The notes: generated by a model not told the origin, from the sequence alone. A stretch of 64,000 nucleotides of DNA from Microbulbifer sp. (GCF_051659245.1 NZ_JBOFOC010000025.1:841-64840); one strand, 5' to 3'. Counted from the first letter of the stretch, positions 50,513 to 60,519 are shown. Translations and numbers: made by a program.

Positions 50513-50521
50513 GGTCGCCGC

Positions 50522-51193
50522 TCAAAAGGGGGAAATATTCAGGAACAGGCGCTGCAGCCAGCCCATCTGCTGGGCCTCATCGATATAGCCTTCGCCGACG
50601 TATTCAATGCGCGCGTCGGCCACCTGGGTGGAGCGCACGGTGTTGCTGCCGGAGATCTCGCGCGGGTCGACGATGCCCGAGAAGCGGATAAACTCGGCGC
50701 CCTGGTTGATCTGTATCTGTTTTTCGCCGCGCACCCGCAGGTTGCCGTTGGGTAGCACTTCCAGCACCGTGGTCGTCATGGTGCCGGTGAAGGTGTTCTG
50801 CGCCTGGGAGCCGCCGCCGCCCTCGAAGTCGTTGGTGCCCTCTATATCGAAGCCGTATTCCTCCAGGCTCTCGAGGCCATCCGGCACCACGGTGGAGGTC
50901 AGGGAGGCGGCGCCGCTGCGGTCGGCATTGCTCGCCGAACGCTTGGAGGCGCTCACCTGTTCGTTGAACACCACCGTCAGCAAGTCGCCGGACATGCGCG
51001 GGCGGCGGTCCTCGAACAGCGGCCGGTAGCCACGCGCCGGCTGGTAGACGGCACCGTTGGCCTGCGCCGGCGGCGGCAGCGGTATTTCCACCCATTCCTC
51101 GTCACTCACCACCGAGAAGCGCGGCAGTTGCGCACAGCCGGTGGCGAGCAGGGCCAGCGCCACCACCAGGGATTTTTTCACCGCGAAAAACAT
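50522..51193 (-). CDS. flgH: L-ring lipoprotein FlgH
   Basis: Lipobox LATGC, LFEDRRP..GD.LTV, VLPNGNL.V.GEK. Confidence 0.95.
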   Translation of the reverse strand: MFFAVKKSLVVALALLATGCAQLPRFSVVSDEEWVEIPLPPPAQANGAVYQPARGYRPLFEDRRPRMSGDLLTVVFNEQVSASKRSASNADRSGAASLTSTVVPDGLESLEEYGFDIEGTNDFEGGGGSQAQNTFTGTMTTTVLEVLPNGNLRVRGEKQIQINQGAEFIRFSGIVDPREISGSNTVRSTQVADARIEYVGEGYIDEAQQMGWLQRLFLNISPF

Positions 51194-51203
51194 GGCCCCG
51201 GCC

Positions 51204-51986
51204 TTACAGCTGGGCCAGGCGCGAGAGCATCTCGTCGGATGTCTGCACCGCCTTGCTGTTGATTTCGTAAGCGCGCTGGGTCTGGATCATGTTGACCATC
51301 TCCTCCACCACATTGACGTTGGAGGTCTCCACGTAGGACTGGTACAGGCTGCCGGCGCCGTTCATGCCCGGCATGCTCTCGCTGCGCATGCCCGAGGCGG
51401 TAGTCTCCAGGTAGAGGTTCTCGCCGATGCTTTCCAGGCCGGCGGGATTGACGAAGGTGGAGAGGGTCAGCTGGCCCACCTCCACGTTCTGGCTGGAGCC
51501 GGGCTCGGTGATCGAGATCAGGCCGTCCTTGCCGATGGTGATGGACAGGGCGTTTTCCGGGATGATCGCCGCCGGCTCCAGGGGGTAGCCGCTGGAGGTC
51601 ACCATCTGACCGTTCTGATCCAGTTGGAAGCTGCCGTCGCGGGTGTAGGCAACGGCGCCGTCGGGCATGCGCACCTGGAAAAAGCCCTTGCCGTTGATCG
51701 CCAGGTCCCGGGAGTTGCCGGTGTTCTCCAGGCCGCCCTGGCTGTGCAGCCGCTCGGTGGCCACCGGCCTCACGCCGCTGCCCACCTGCATGCCCGAGGG
51801 CAGAGCGTTCTGAATATCGTTCTGCGCGCCCGGCTGACGCAGGTTCTGATAGAGCAGGTCCTCGAACACCGCGCGGGATTTCTTGAAACCGTTGGTGCCG
51901 GTGTTCGCCAGGTTGTTGGCGATCACGTCCATCTTGACCTGTTGGGATTCGAGGCCGGTCTTGGCCGTCCACAGGGATTTGATCAT
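51204..51986 (-). CDS. flgG: Distal rod protein FlgG
   Basis: [25 protein letters not shown]; [19 protein letters not shown]. Confidence 0.96.
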   Translation of the reverse strand: MIKSLWTAKTGLESQQVKMDVIANNLANTGTNGFKKSRAVFEDLLYQNLRQPGAQNDIQNALPSGMQVGSGVRPVATERLHSQGGLENTGNSRDLAINGKGFFQVRMPDGAVAYTRDGSFQLDQNGQMVTSSGYPLEPAAIIPENALSITIGKDGLISITEPGSSQNVEVGQLTLSTFVNPAGLESIGENLYLETTASGMRSESMPGMNGAGSLYQSYVETSNVNVVEEMVNMIQTQRAYEINSKAVQTSDEMLSRLAQL

Positions 51987-52017
51987 CGTCGTCTCCTCTT
52001 ATAGCCCGAATTGCCCC

Positions 52018-52090
52018 GTGGGAGCGGGCCCTGCCCGCGATTGGCCTGTGGGTTCAACCAACGCAGATCGCGGGCATGGCCCGCTCCTAC
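52018..52090. repeat. REP doublet (GTGGGAGCGGGCC type)
   Basis: GTGGGAGCGGGCCCTGCCCGCGAT ... ATCGCGGGCATGGCCCGCTCCTAC. Confidence 0.8.
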
Positions 52091-52105
52091 AGGGGGGGCA
52101 GATTG

Positions 52106-52861
52106 TTATTCAGTGGACAAAAGCCTGTCCGCCCGGCGGGCGTTCTCGTCGGCGCTCTCGATCACCTTGATCTGCATCTCGTAGCGCCGCGCGTTGTCGA
52201 TCATCGCCACCATGGATTCCACGGCACTTACATTGCTGCCCTCCAGGGCTCCCGATATCACCCCTGCGCTTTCGTCCCGGGGCAGCGGGTCCACGTTGCC
52301 CGCGACATCCGGCGGCGCGCGGAAAAGGCCGTCCTCGCCGCGGCGCAAACCGGCCTCGCCGGGGGTGACCAGCTTGAGCCTGCCCACCTGCACCAGGGCC
52401 TCCGGGTCCTCGCCGGCGCCGATGGCGCTGACGGTACCGTCCGCGCCCGTGGACAGGGAGGCGCCCAGGGGCACGACGATGGGCCCGCCCTCGCCGATCA
52501 CCGGCCGGCCGCCGCTGGTAATCACGCCGGTGGCATCCACCTGCAGGTCACCGCGGCGGGTGTAAGCTTCTTCCCCGCCCGCATCCTGTACCGCGAGCCA
52601 GGCATCGCCCTGAATGGCCACGTCCAGGTCGCGGCCGGTGGCATTCACCGGGCCAGTGCTGAAATCCGAACCCGGCGTAGACGCCATTACCGAGGCCCGC
52701 GTGGGCAGCAGGCCGTCGCCCCGCACCGGCACCGCGCGCAATGCGTGCAACTGCGCGCGAAAGCCGGCGGTGGTTGCGTTGGCCAGGTTGTTGCTGACCA
52801 CCGACTGCTGTTCCATGCTCTGCCTGGCGCCGCTCATGGCGGTGTAGAGGATATGATCCAT
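52106..52861 (-). CDS. flgF: Proximal rod protein FlgF
   Basis: MDHILYTAMSGA, NNLANATTAGFRA, LEGSNV.AV..MV.MI. Confidence 0.94.
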   Translation of the reverse strand: MDHILYTAMSGARQSMEQQSVVSNNLANATTAGFRAQLHALRAVPVRGDGLLPTRASVMASTPGSDFSTGPVNATGRDLDVAIQGDAWLAVQDAGGEEAYTRRGDLQVDATGVITSGGRPVIGEGGPIVVPLGASLSTGADGTVSAIGAGEDPEALVQVGRLKLVTPGEAGLRRGEDGLFRAPPDVAGNVDPLPRDESAGVISGALEGSNVSAVESMVAMIDNARRYEMQIKVIESADENARRADRLLSTE

Positions 52862-52960
52862 CTTTCAGCTCCCGGCCCATTCGGGCCTGTTTGATACTTT
52901 GCGAGGCTGCTGTCGAACGGCACGACTCTCCCTGCCCATCGCTGGCGCCCGGTGATGGCA

Positions 52961-54148
52961 CTAGCGCAGGTTCACCGCACTCTGCAGCACCTCGTCCTGC
53001 ACCTTGATGGTCTGGGTGTTGGCCTGGTAGTTGCGCTGGGCCACGATCAGGTCTACCAGTTCGTTGGTGAGGTCCACGTTGGAGACCTCCACCGCGCCGG
53101 ACTCCAGCTTGCCGAACTGGCCGGCGCCCGCCAGGCCCAACAGCGGCTGGCCGGAGGCGCCGGTTTCGACCCAGGTGTTGTCGCCCCGGGGGGAGAGCCC
53201 CTCCGGGTTGCGGAAGTTGGCCAGGGCGATGGTGCCCAGCACCTGGGTCTGTTCGTTGGCATACTTGCCCAGGATATTACCGGCGTCGTCGAAATCGATG
53301 CCCACCAACGCGCCGGCGGCATAACCGTTCTGGGTCAGCGAGCCCAGGGCGAAGTCGCTGCCGAACTGGGTGGTGCCGTCGAAGTCGATGGCGAAGTTGA
53401 TCGGGTCCGCGCCTCCGCCCGGGGTGAAGCTGTAGCCGGGGGAGGTGCTGGCCGCTTCGTCCAGGGTGCCGTTGGTGTCAAAGACCAACTGGCCGGTAGT
53501 GGTATCGGCTGCGCCGTCCACAGCCACGCGCACTTCCCAGGTGTTGTCGGCGGTCTTGGTAAAGTAGGTGGTCATGGTGTGCTGCACGCCGAGGGAGTCG
53601 TAGGCGGTGCCGGTGTTGGCGTAGGAGTAGCTGTCACCGTCGGCCGGGTCGAAGGGCACGGCGGTGCGGTCGACCGTGTCGACGGTGGCATCCAGGTTGA
53701 AGGACGCCTCCACGCCGGTGGTGGGATTGGCGTTCATGCCGCCGGCGGGCACCCGCAGCACCTCCGGCTGGCCGCCGCTGCCCACGCCGGCGGGGAGGCC
53801 GGTTAGGCGGGCGCCCTGGGCGTTTTCCAGGAAGCCCTCGCGGGTGAGGGTGAGTCGGCCGTTGCGCGAGTACACCACCTGGTCGTTCTGGGCAAAGCGC
53901 AAAAATCCGCTGCCGTTGATCGCCAGGTCCAGGTCGCGCCCGGTGGGTTCCAGGGTGCCGTTGGTAAAATCCTGCAGCACCGACGCCACCCGGGTGCCCT
54001 GCCCGGCCATGGCCCCGGTGTAGACGTCCGCGAACTGTACGCCGGAGGACTTGAACCCGACCGTCTGGGAGTTGGCGATATTATTGCCCACCACATCCAG
54101 GTTGGTGGCGGCGGCGTTGAGGCCGCTGAGTGCCTGTGAAAAACCCAT
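52961..54148 (-). CDS. flgE: Hook protein FlgE
   Basis: MGFSQALSGL..VVGNNIANSQTVGFK; EVSNVDLT.ELV.LIVAQRNYQAN. Confidence 0.96.
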   Translation of the reverse strand: MGFSQALSGLNAAATNLDVVGNNIANSQTVGFKSSGVQFADVYTGAMAGQGTRVASVLQDFTNGTLEPTGRDLDLAINGSGFLRFAQNDQVVYSRNGRLTLTREGFLENAQGARLTGLPAGVGSGGQPEVLRVPAGGMNANPTTGVEASFNLDATVDTVDRTAVPFDPADGDSYSYANTGTAYDSLGVQHTMTTYFTKTADNTWEVRVAVDGAADTTTGQLVFDTNGTLDEAASTSPGYSFTPGGGADPINFAIDFDGTTQFGSDFALGSLTQNGYAAGALVGIDFDDAGNILGKYANEQTQVLGTIALANFRNPEGLSPRGDNTWVETGASGQPLLGLAGAGQFGKLESGAVEVSNVDLTNELVDLIVAQRNYQANTQTIKVQDEVLQSAVNLR

Positions 54149-54180
54149 GGTTTGCTCCTGCTTGTTGGAAAATCCGGGCG

Positions 54181-54855
54181 TTAGAGAATCTGGCGGATAT
54201 CGTCCAGGGGAACCGGTTCGGCGATGCCGCCGAGATCCAGCAGCGGCGCGCCGCCGTCGTCCAGGCTCACGCCGGTGACCTGGGCGTAGTTGAGAGTGAC
54301 GGGGTCCAGGGCCCTGCCGTCGCTCACCGCTTCCACGGAAACGGTGTAGGCACCCTGGGGCGCGGTGGTGCCGTCGTCCATAACCCCGTCCCAGGTGAAG
54401 GACTCGCTGCCCGCCTCCAGGGCGAAGGGCTCGAAACGGCGCACCACTTCGCCGTTGCCGTCGCGGATGGTGATGGTCACCTCCTCGGCGGACTGCCCCA
54501 GTTCGATACCGAAGGGCGTGGCACTGCCCTCTTCGCCCACCAGCACCCGGTCGCCGGGCACCAGTACGCCCTTGCCGATCAGCCCGGCGGCCTGCAGCGC
54601 CCGGCCAGTGTCCAGCTGGCCGTCGATACCCTCGAGGGTCTCGTTGAGGTTTTCGATCCCGCTGACGGTATTGATCTGCGCCAGCTGCGAGGTCATCTCC
54701 GCGTTCTCCACGGGGTTGAGCGGGTCCTGGTTCTTCAGCTGGGTAACCAGCAGGGTCATAAAGCTGCCCTGCAGGTCCGCGGCATCGCTCCGGGTGGAGG
54801 TGGTGGCGTTGAGGGCATCCCGCACGCCGCTGTCGATAACGTTGCTTACGGTCAT
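54181..54855 (-). CDS. flgD: Hook capping protein FlgD
   Basis: FMTLLVTQLKNQDPLNP.EN.EMTSQLAQI. Confidence 0.95.
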   Translation of the reverse strand: MTVSNVIDSGVRDALNATTSTRSDAADLQGSFMTLLVTQLKNQDPLNPVENAEMTSQLAQINTVSGIENLNETLEGIDGQLDTGRALQAAGLIGKGVLVPGDRVLVGEEGSATPFGIELGQSAEEVTITIRDGNGEVVRRFEPFALEAGSESFTWDGVMDDGTTAPQGAYTVSVEAVSDGRALDPVTLNYAQVTGVSLDDGGAPLLDLGGIAEPVPLDDIRQIL

Positions 54856-55256
54856 CAGCTTTCTCCCAGGGTCAGGGTCTTGATCATCAGCTGTTTGCCG
54901 GTGTTGAGGACCTCCACGTTGGCCTGGTAGGAGCGGGACGCGGAGATCATGTTGACCATCTCGTCGACCGGCTCCACGTTGGGCAGGCTCACGTAGCCCT
55001 GCTCGTCGGCCAGGGGGTGCTCCGGTCGGTACTCGCGGCGCAGCGGCGAGGGGTCCTCGACCACGCGGGTGACCGCCACGCCCCCCACGCCACCGGTGTC
55101 CCGGCCGCGCGCCTCGAACACCACCTGCCTGGCGCGGTAGGGCTGCCCGTCCGGGCCCGCCACGCTATCGGCGTTGGCCAGATTGCTGGCGGTCACATTC
55201 ATGCGCTGGGCCTGGGCGGCCATGGCCGAGCCTGAGATCTGGAAAATCGAAAACAC
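54855..55256 (-). CDS. flgC: Rod protein FlgC
   Basis: [14 protein letters not shown]; [17 protein letters not shown]; SASRSYQAN. Confidence 0.95.
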   Translation of the reverse strand: MFSIFQISGSAMAAQAQRMNVTASNLANADSVAGPDGQPYRARQVVFEARGRDTGGVGGVAVTRVVEDPSPLRREYRPEHPLADEQGYVSLPNVEPVDEMVNMISASRSYQANVEVLNTGKQLMIKTLTLGES

Positions 55257-55275
55257 GGGGCTCTCCTGTTCGCGG

Positions 55276-55683
55276 TTATTCCGGCTGCATCGCCGATTTG
55301 AGGCCCTGGATACGGCCGTTGAGAATGGTCAGTGCCGCCTGGTAGCGCACCGAGTTGTCGGCAAAGTTGGTGCGCTCCAGGTCCATGTTCACCGTGTTAC
55401 CGTCCAGGCTGGGCTGGTCCGGCAGCCGGTAGAGCAGTTCCACGCCGGGCTCCCCGGAAGCCCGGGCGGCCAAGTGGCGGGGCGAAGTGGTGCGCAGCGC
55501 CAGTCTCCCGGCTTCCCCACCCTCCATCGCGCGGGAAAGCTCCCGGGAAAAATCGAAGTCGCGGGCCTTGTAGTTGGGCGTATCCCCGTTGGCGATATTG
55601 CCGGCCAGCACCTTCTGGCGCTCGTGGCGCAGGTTGAGCGCCTCGCGGTCGAAATTCAGCGCGGCGGCGAGTCGGTCGATCAT
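55276..55683 (-). CDS. flgB: Rod protein FlgB
   Basis: [21 protein letters not shown]; [11 protein letters not shown]. Confidence 0.95.
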   Translation of the reverse strand: MIDRLAAALNFDREALNLRHERQKVLAGNIANGDTPNYKARDFDFSRELSRAMEGGEAGRLALRTTSPRHLAARASGEPGVELLYRLPDQPSLDGNTVNMDLERTNFADNSVRYQAALTILNGRIQGLKSAMQPE

Positions 55684-55838
55684 GCCGGAACTCCAAAGGT
55701 TCGTTGGTCAGGCTGGAGACTAAAGCGCCCGGCGTCAGGCCAAAGGGACAAACAGACCCGGTTTTTGCAGCCATTTCCGCCGTTCGCCGGTTTGCAACCC
55801 ACTTAGAATCCCCGAAAACGGCAACCGGTGTCGCGACG

Positions 55839-56510
55839 ATGAGCCTGCACAAATCTCTGAGCACCCTGCTGCTGGCAATCCTCCCCCTGCCCTGCGCCGC
55901 CGATCCGGTGGCCGAGGCGGTGCGCACTTTTCTGCAGCGGCAGAGCCTGCCGCCCGGCGGGGAGGTGCGCATCGAAGTGCAGCCATCCACCGCGCGGATG
56001 CCGGCCTGTGAGCGGCCGCGGCCTTTCCTGCCCGGCGGCAAGCAGAAACTCCGGGGTCGGGTAACGGTGGGCGTGCGCTGTGGAGAGGGCGGCCGGCGGG
56101 TGCGCTACCTCCAGGCCCGGGTGACGGTGACCGGCAACTACTGGGTCACCGCCGGGCCGGTGGAGGCCGGCACACCGCTGACCGCGGACATGCTGACCCG
56201 CGCCCGGGGGGACCTGGGGGCGCTACCCCGGGGCGCGGTGTTCGAACGGGAAAAGGTCCTCGGCCGCGTGGCCACCCGCCCCCTGGGGGCCGGCACCGTA
56301 CTGCAGAGCCACCTGCTGAAAGCGCCGCCGCTGGTGGAGCGGCGCCAGCAGGTGACCGTGGAGGCCCGCGGTCACGGCTTTCGCATCGCCCGGGAAGGTC
56401 GGGCGCTGGAAGGGGGCGCCCTGGGCGAGTCAGTGCGGGTGCGACTGCCGGACCGGAGCGTGCTATCCGCCCTGGTGAGCGGCCCCGGCCGCGTGCGGGT
56501 CGAGCTCTGA
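55839..56510 (+). CDS. flgA: P-ring assembly chaperone FlgA
   Basis: Signal peptide, SAF-like region, C-terminal GRALEGGALGESVRVR; divergent from flgB. Confidence 0.88.
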   Translation: MSLHKSLSTLLLAILPLPCAADPVAEAVRTFLQRQSLPPGGEVRIEVQPSTARMPACERPRPFLPGGKQKLRGRVTVGVRCGEGGRRVRYLQARVTVTGNYWVTAGPVEAGTPLTADMLTRARGDLGALPRGAVFEREKVLGRVATRPLGAGTVLQSHLLKAPPLVERRQQVTVEARGHGFRIAREGRALEGGALGESVRVRLPDRSVLSALVSGPGRVRVEL

Positions 56511-56539
56511 AAAAAATGATGCCAGTCACGTGCAGAAAC

Positions 56540-56566
56540 TAAAGAAACCGGGGAAATCGCCGATTA
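56540..56566 (+). promoter_or_regulatory. sigma28 promoter of flgMN
   Basis: TAAA-15 nt-GCCGATTA. Confidence 0.8.
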
Positions 56567-56594
56567 TCCAGAGAAAGCACGACGGAGAGTCCCC

Positions 56595-56879
56595 TTGAAG
56601 ATCGACAACATTTCCCATCTGACACCGTCGAAGGCGGTGAGCGAGGGCAACGGCAAAGACAGGACAGCCGGCACGGCCGGGGACACCACTGGGAAGGAAG
56701 CCTTTGACACCGGCCGCCTGCACAGTTTTACCACCGACAGCAGTCGGGATATCGATCTCGCACGGGTACAGGAAATCCGCCAGGCGATTGCCGAGGGCCG
56801 CCTGGAAATCCGCGCCGACAGGATTGCCGACGGCCTGATCGATAGTGTGCGCGCCTTCCTCAAACAGGACTCTCAATGA
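56595..56879 (+). CDS. flgM: Anti-sigma28 factor FlgM
   Basis: DIDLARVQEIRQAIAEGRLEI...IADGLI; TTG start. Confidence 0.92.
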   Translation: MKIDNISHLTPSKAVSEGNGKDRTAGTAGDTTGKEAFDTGRLHSFTTDSSRDIDLARVQEIRQAIAEGRLEIRADRIADGLIDSVRAFLKQDSQ

Positions 56880-57325
56880 CGCTGGCCGGCCACCTGGAAC
56901 ATCACAGGGCGCATCTGGAGAGCCTGGTCGAGCTGCTGTGCGAGGAGCGCCGGCTGCTGGCCGCCGGCCAGGTGGACGGCGCCCGGCTGTCCCAGATAGC
57001 CGGACGCAAAAGCGAGCGGCTGGAGGAACTGGAACACTTCGAACGGCAGCGCCGCCGGGCACTCTGCCTCCTGGGCTACAGCGACGACCGCGACGGCGAC
57101 GAACGCGCCGCCGCCGATGCCGGCTGCCTGCCCCTGTGGCACGCCGTCCGCGAGCGGGCCGGCCGGGCCGCGGATCTCAACCGCACCAACGGCCTGCTGA
57201 TCGGCATCCGCATGGAGCACAACCAGCGTCTGCTGAACGCCCTGCAGGAAACTGCGGGCAGGGACCTCTACGGCCCCGACGGCCGCCCGCGTGGCGGCAG
57301 CGGCCGCGTGAATTCGCGGGCCTAG
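56876..57325 (+). CDS. flgN: Export chaperone FlgN
   Basis: Follows flgM; LNRTNGLLI and YGPDG C-terminal motifs. Confidence 0.88.
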   Translation: MTLAGHLEHHRAHLESLVELLCEERRLLAAGQVDGARLSQIAGRKSERLEELEHFERQRRRALCLLGYSDDRDGDERAAADAGCLPLWHAVRERAGRAADLNRTNGLLIGIRMEHNQRLLNALQETAGRDLYGPDGRPRGGSGRVNSRA

Positions 57326-57330
57326 CAGTC

Positions 57331-57596
57331 AGTACTGTTGAGTTTAAGACCCAGCCGTAGGGTGCGCCGCGCGCACCAAAAAGTCTGAAACCCGCGCGAG
57401 CTCTGGGGCGATGCGCGTGGCGCACCCCACAAACACAAAAGTGGCCTGACTCGAATGGCACTGACTTAAGCGCAAATGGCCTTATTTGTAGGGTGGATAA
57501 GCGAAGCGCATCCACCAGTTGCAAGGCCTGGGGCGGCGGATGCGCTTCGCTTATCCGCCCTACGGGAGCCGGAAACCGCTTAAGTAAGTGCCATTC
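57331..57596. repeat. Two composite REP elements in tandem
   Basis: GTAGGGTGCGCC doublet (57357-57430) with flanks; 144-bp element 57453-57596 with GAATGGCACT..TTAAGCG / CGCTTAAG..AGTGCCATTC ends enclosing a GTAGGGTGGATAAGCG doublet. Confidence 0.8.
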
Positions 57597-57735
57597 TGGT
57601 TCTAACTCAACCGTATTGGGCCTGGCAGCCATTCCGAGCCAGCGAGCCAGCGCCCGGCGATTTTTGAGAAATCTCTATCCGGAGCGGTAGGGCCCACCTC
57701 TTTATCTCAAGCGTTAAATCAGGGAGTACGCAAAC

Positions 57736-58980
57736 GTGACACGAGCAAGGGAAGCCATCGAAGACGATCTGCTCAACGTGGTCCTGGCCTGCCGGCCGGT
57801 CTACGCCCGCAACCACGACGTGGCCGCCTTCGAACTGCTTCTGCAGGGGGAGCACCCGCAGGGCGCCTCCCTATCCGACATCGAAGCCACCGGCCCGGCG
57901 ATCCTCGGCACTTATACCCAGCTGTTCCAGCGCGGCCGGGTGCACACGGTACCCAGTTTCCTGAAAGTCACCGACGAGGTGATCCTCGCCCCGCAACTCC
58001 CGGACCTGCCGAAAAAGCACTACATCCTGGAACTACCCAAGGGCACGCTGCCCACCTCCGAACGGGTGAAGCGGCTCAGGCACCTGGCCCAGCGCGGTTA
58101 CCGCTTGGCCCTGGCCGACTACGCCCCGGACGACGGGGAACTGGACGTGCTGCTGGACACGGTGCACATCGTCAAGGTGGACACCCGCCGGCTGAGCGAT
58201 GACGTCCTGCACCGGACCGCAGTCAAGCTGCGCGGCTGCGGTGTGGAGATGCTCGCCGACAACCTCGACAACGGAGAGCGCTTCCGGCACTGCCTGAAAC
58301 TGGGTTTCCACTACTACCAGGGAGACTTTCTCGCCAAACCCTCGCCCATCAAGGGGAAAAAGATCACCGGCAACAAACTGCTGTTGCTGCAGCTGCTGTC
58401 GGAACTACACAACCCGGACGCATCGCCGACGCGCCTGGAAGAGATAGCCCTCAAAGACGCCAACCTCACCTACCGGATACTGAAAGTGGTCAATTCAGCA
58501 GCCGTGGGTCTGCGCCGGGAAGTGCACTCCCTTTCCCATGCCATCGCGCTGCTGGGCCTGGAAGAGATCAAGCGCTGGGCCAACCTCCTCCTCGTGGGCA
58601 GCGAGGGGAACAAGCCCGAAGCACTGATCCGCGGCATGCTGGTGCGCGGGCGCATGTGCGAGGTACTGGCGGAAATCGCCGGGCGCGACAACGCGATCAA
58701 CCATTTTATCGTCGGCCTGCTCTCGCAACTCGACGCGCTGATGGACATCGCCATGCCGGAACTGATGGAACAGGTACCGCTCAGCCGCGAGGTAAAGAGT
58801 GCCCTGCTCCACCGCAGCGGCAGCCTGGGAGAAGTGCTCTGCGAAGTGGAACTTTACGAGAAAGGGGATTTTTCCGGATTGAAGCTGCTTCAGGACAAGC
58901 GCTTCTACGAGTCAGCCTATCGCCACAGCACCGCCTGGGCGCGGCAGGTGCAGCAGGCTATGAGCTACCGGGATCACTAG
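57736..58980 (+). CDS. EAL-like + HDOD domain protein (YuxH/CdgJ-like), degenerate EAL
   Basis: LACRPVY..AFELLL N-terminus; HDOD DANLTYRILKVVNSA...AIALLG; catalytic EAL motifs altered. Confidence 0.82.
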   Translation: MTRAREAIEDDLLNVVLACRPVYARNHDVAAFELLLQGEHPQGASLSDIEATGPAILGTYTQLFQRGRVHTVPSFLKVTDEVILAPQLPDLPKKHYILELPKGTLPTSERVKRLRHLAQRGYRLALADYAPDDGELDVLLDTVHIVKVDTRRLSDDVLHRTAVKLRGCGVEMLADNLDNGERFRHCLKLGFHYYQGDFLAKPSPIKGKKITGNKLLLLQLLSELHNPDASPTRLEEIALKDANLTYRILKVVNSAAVGLRREVHSLSHAIALLGLEEIKRWANLLLVGSEGNKPEALIRGMLVRGRMCEVLAEIAGRDNAINHFIVGLLSQLDALMDIAMPELMEQVPLSREVKSALLHRSGSLGEVLCEVELYEKGDFSGLKLLQDKRFYESAYRHSTAWARQVQQAMSYRDH

Positions 58981-59015
58981 TGAATGGAATCGGCATTGCC
59001 ATTTCAGAATCACCC

Positions 59016-59042
59016 TAAAGCCTGGCTGCATTTTGCCGATAG
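59016..59042 (+). promoter_or_regulatory. sigma28 promoter of the TonB-C gene
   Basis: TAAA-15 nt-GCCGATAG, ~110 nt upstream of ATG 59151. Confidence 0.75.
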
Positions 59043-59150
59043 CGTCCAGGGACAGATTGTCTTCGATCTGCCCGACGCGTCTCGGGAGAGAAACGCAAAC
59101 CCTCAACCCTCTGGAACCTCGCATCCGGAAAAACTCATCGGGGAAAAGCC

Positions 59151-59543
59151 ATGAAACCGATAAAACTCATCATCGCCCTGTCGCTGTTCACAGCGGCATT
59201 GTACGCGGAATCGTCCTTCGCGAACGCCAGAACCGGAGGCCGGCAGGCCGACGCCATCGAGAGCTATGTTTCCACACTCAAGAACCACACACTCAAGCAC
59301 ATCTCCTACCCCAGGCGCGCGCTCGAACGCAACTGGGAGGGCGACGTGCTGCTGCGCATAACGATCGACGCCGAGGGCCAGGTGCAGAACATCGAGATTG
59401 TGGAGGAATCCCGCTATTCCAATCTCAACCGCGAGGCCCTCAGAAGTGTCGAGCGCGCCAACCCCTACCCTCCGATACCGGCAAACCTGGGGCAGGACAC
59501 CCTTGAATTCACCGCGCCCATCACCTTCCGACTGTCCGGCTGA
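59151..59543 (+). CDS. Stand-alone TonB C-terminal domain protein with signal peptide
   Basis: YPRRALERNWEGDVLLRITIDAEGQV...LNREALRSV...PITFRL; no Pro-rich linker; cleavable-looking N-terminus ending SFA. Confidence 0.82.
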   Translation: MKPIKLIIALSLFTAALYAESSFANARTGGRQADAIESYVSTLKNHTLKHISYPRRALERNWEGDVLLRITIDAEGQVQNIEIVEESRYSNLNREALRSVERANPYPPIPANLGQDTLEFTAPITFRLSG

Positions 59544-59707
59544 GCGACCGGGGAACACCCTGAAAACAGCATTGGCTATATTCTCTTCGGCTTTGATTCC
59601 CCCTCCTGCGCAACCGCGGCGGGGAAGAGCAATCGCAGGCGACTACGCCCGACACAAAGGGACGCCGCCGACATATTCGGCGGCGGCATTCAACGCTCAA
59701 AGACTTC

Positions 59708-60409
59708 CTATTCCTCCGCAAGCCGCGCCCGCAGCCGCCCAATCGCCTGGCTGTGCAACTGGCAGACGCGGGATTCGGTGACTCCCAGCACTGCGCCGAT
59801 TTCCTTGAGGTTGAGTTCTTCCTGGTAGTAGAGCGCCATCAACAATTTCTCCCGCTCCGGCAGCGCCTCGATGGCCTCGACCAGGCGCTCCCGCCGCTCG
59901 CCGTCCACCAGCGCGGCGAAGGGTGGCGGCGGGCCGTTGCCGCCGGCCTCCGGTTCGCCGCTCTCGGCCACCAGTTCCTCGAAAGGCAGTAGATAACCGT
60001 TATTGGTATCGTTGAGCAATTGACGGTAGTCGTTCAGGTCCATGCCCATTTCCGCGGCGACTTCGCGCTCGACAGCGGGGCGGCCCAGACGCTGCTCCAA
60101 CCGGTAGAGATGCTGCTCCACGGCGCGGGCGTTGCGGCGCACACTGCGCGGCAACCAGTCGCGGGTACGCAGTTCGTCGATCATGGCACCGCGGATGCGC
60201 TGGCTGGCGAAAGTGGAAAAACTGGCACCGGCGTTGGGGTCGAAGCGCTGCAGAGCGTCGAGGAGGCCGACCATGCCGGCCTGGATCAGGTCGTCCAGTT
60301 CGATACCGGAAGGCAGCTTCACCTGCAGGGCGAGTGCGTGGCGGCGAACCGCGGGAAGATGCTGCTCCAGCAGTGCCTCCCGATTGAATTTCCCCTGTGC
60401 CGTATACAT
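59708..60409 (-). CDS. fliA: Flagellar sigma factor sigma28
   Basis: DLIQAGMVGLL, RIRGAMIDELR..DWLPRS, LNLKEIG.VLGVTESRVCQLHSQA. Confidence 0.96.
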   Translation of the reverse strand: MYTAQGKFNREALLEQHLPAVRRHALALQVKLPSGIELDDLIQAGMVGLLDALQRFDPNAGASFSTFASQRIRGAMIDELRTRDWLPRSVRRNARAVEQHLYRLEQRLGRPAVEREVAAEMGMDLNDYRQLLNDTNNGYLLPFEELVAESGEPEAGGNGPPPPFAALVDGERRERLVEAIEALPEREKLLMALYYQEELNLKEIGAVLGVTESRVCQLHSQAIGRLRARLAEE

Positions 60410-60519
60410 TCGATTCCCCGCCCCGCTTTGTCGTTGGCGTTTCGGTGTGCTGTCCGTCTCATTATTTGCGGTGCGGAGAATTTGTAAGCGGCGAATAAAG
60501 GGGCTTCTCAGCGGCTTTT

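Noticed and set aside
12502-57596. CRISPR array
   Set aside because: The repeats are inverted palindromic doublets of variable spacing, not direct repeats with unique spacers; no cas genes.
59045-59110. c-di-GMP-I riboswitch look-alike (ACGCAAA) before the TonB-C gene
   Set aside because: The GGCAAACC and GNRA tetraloop elements are absent.
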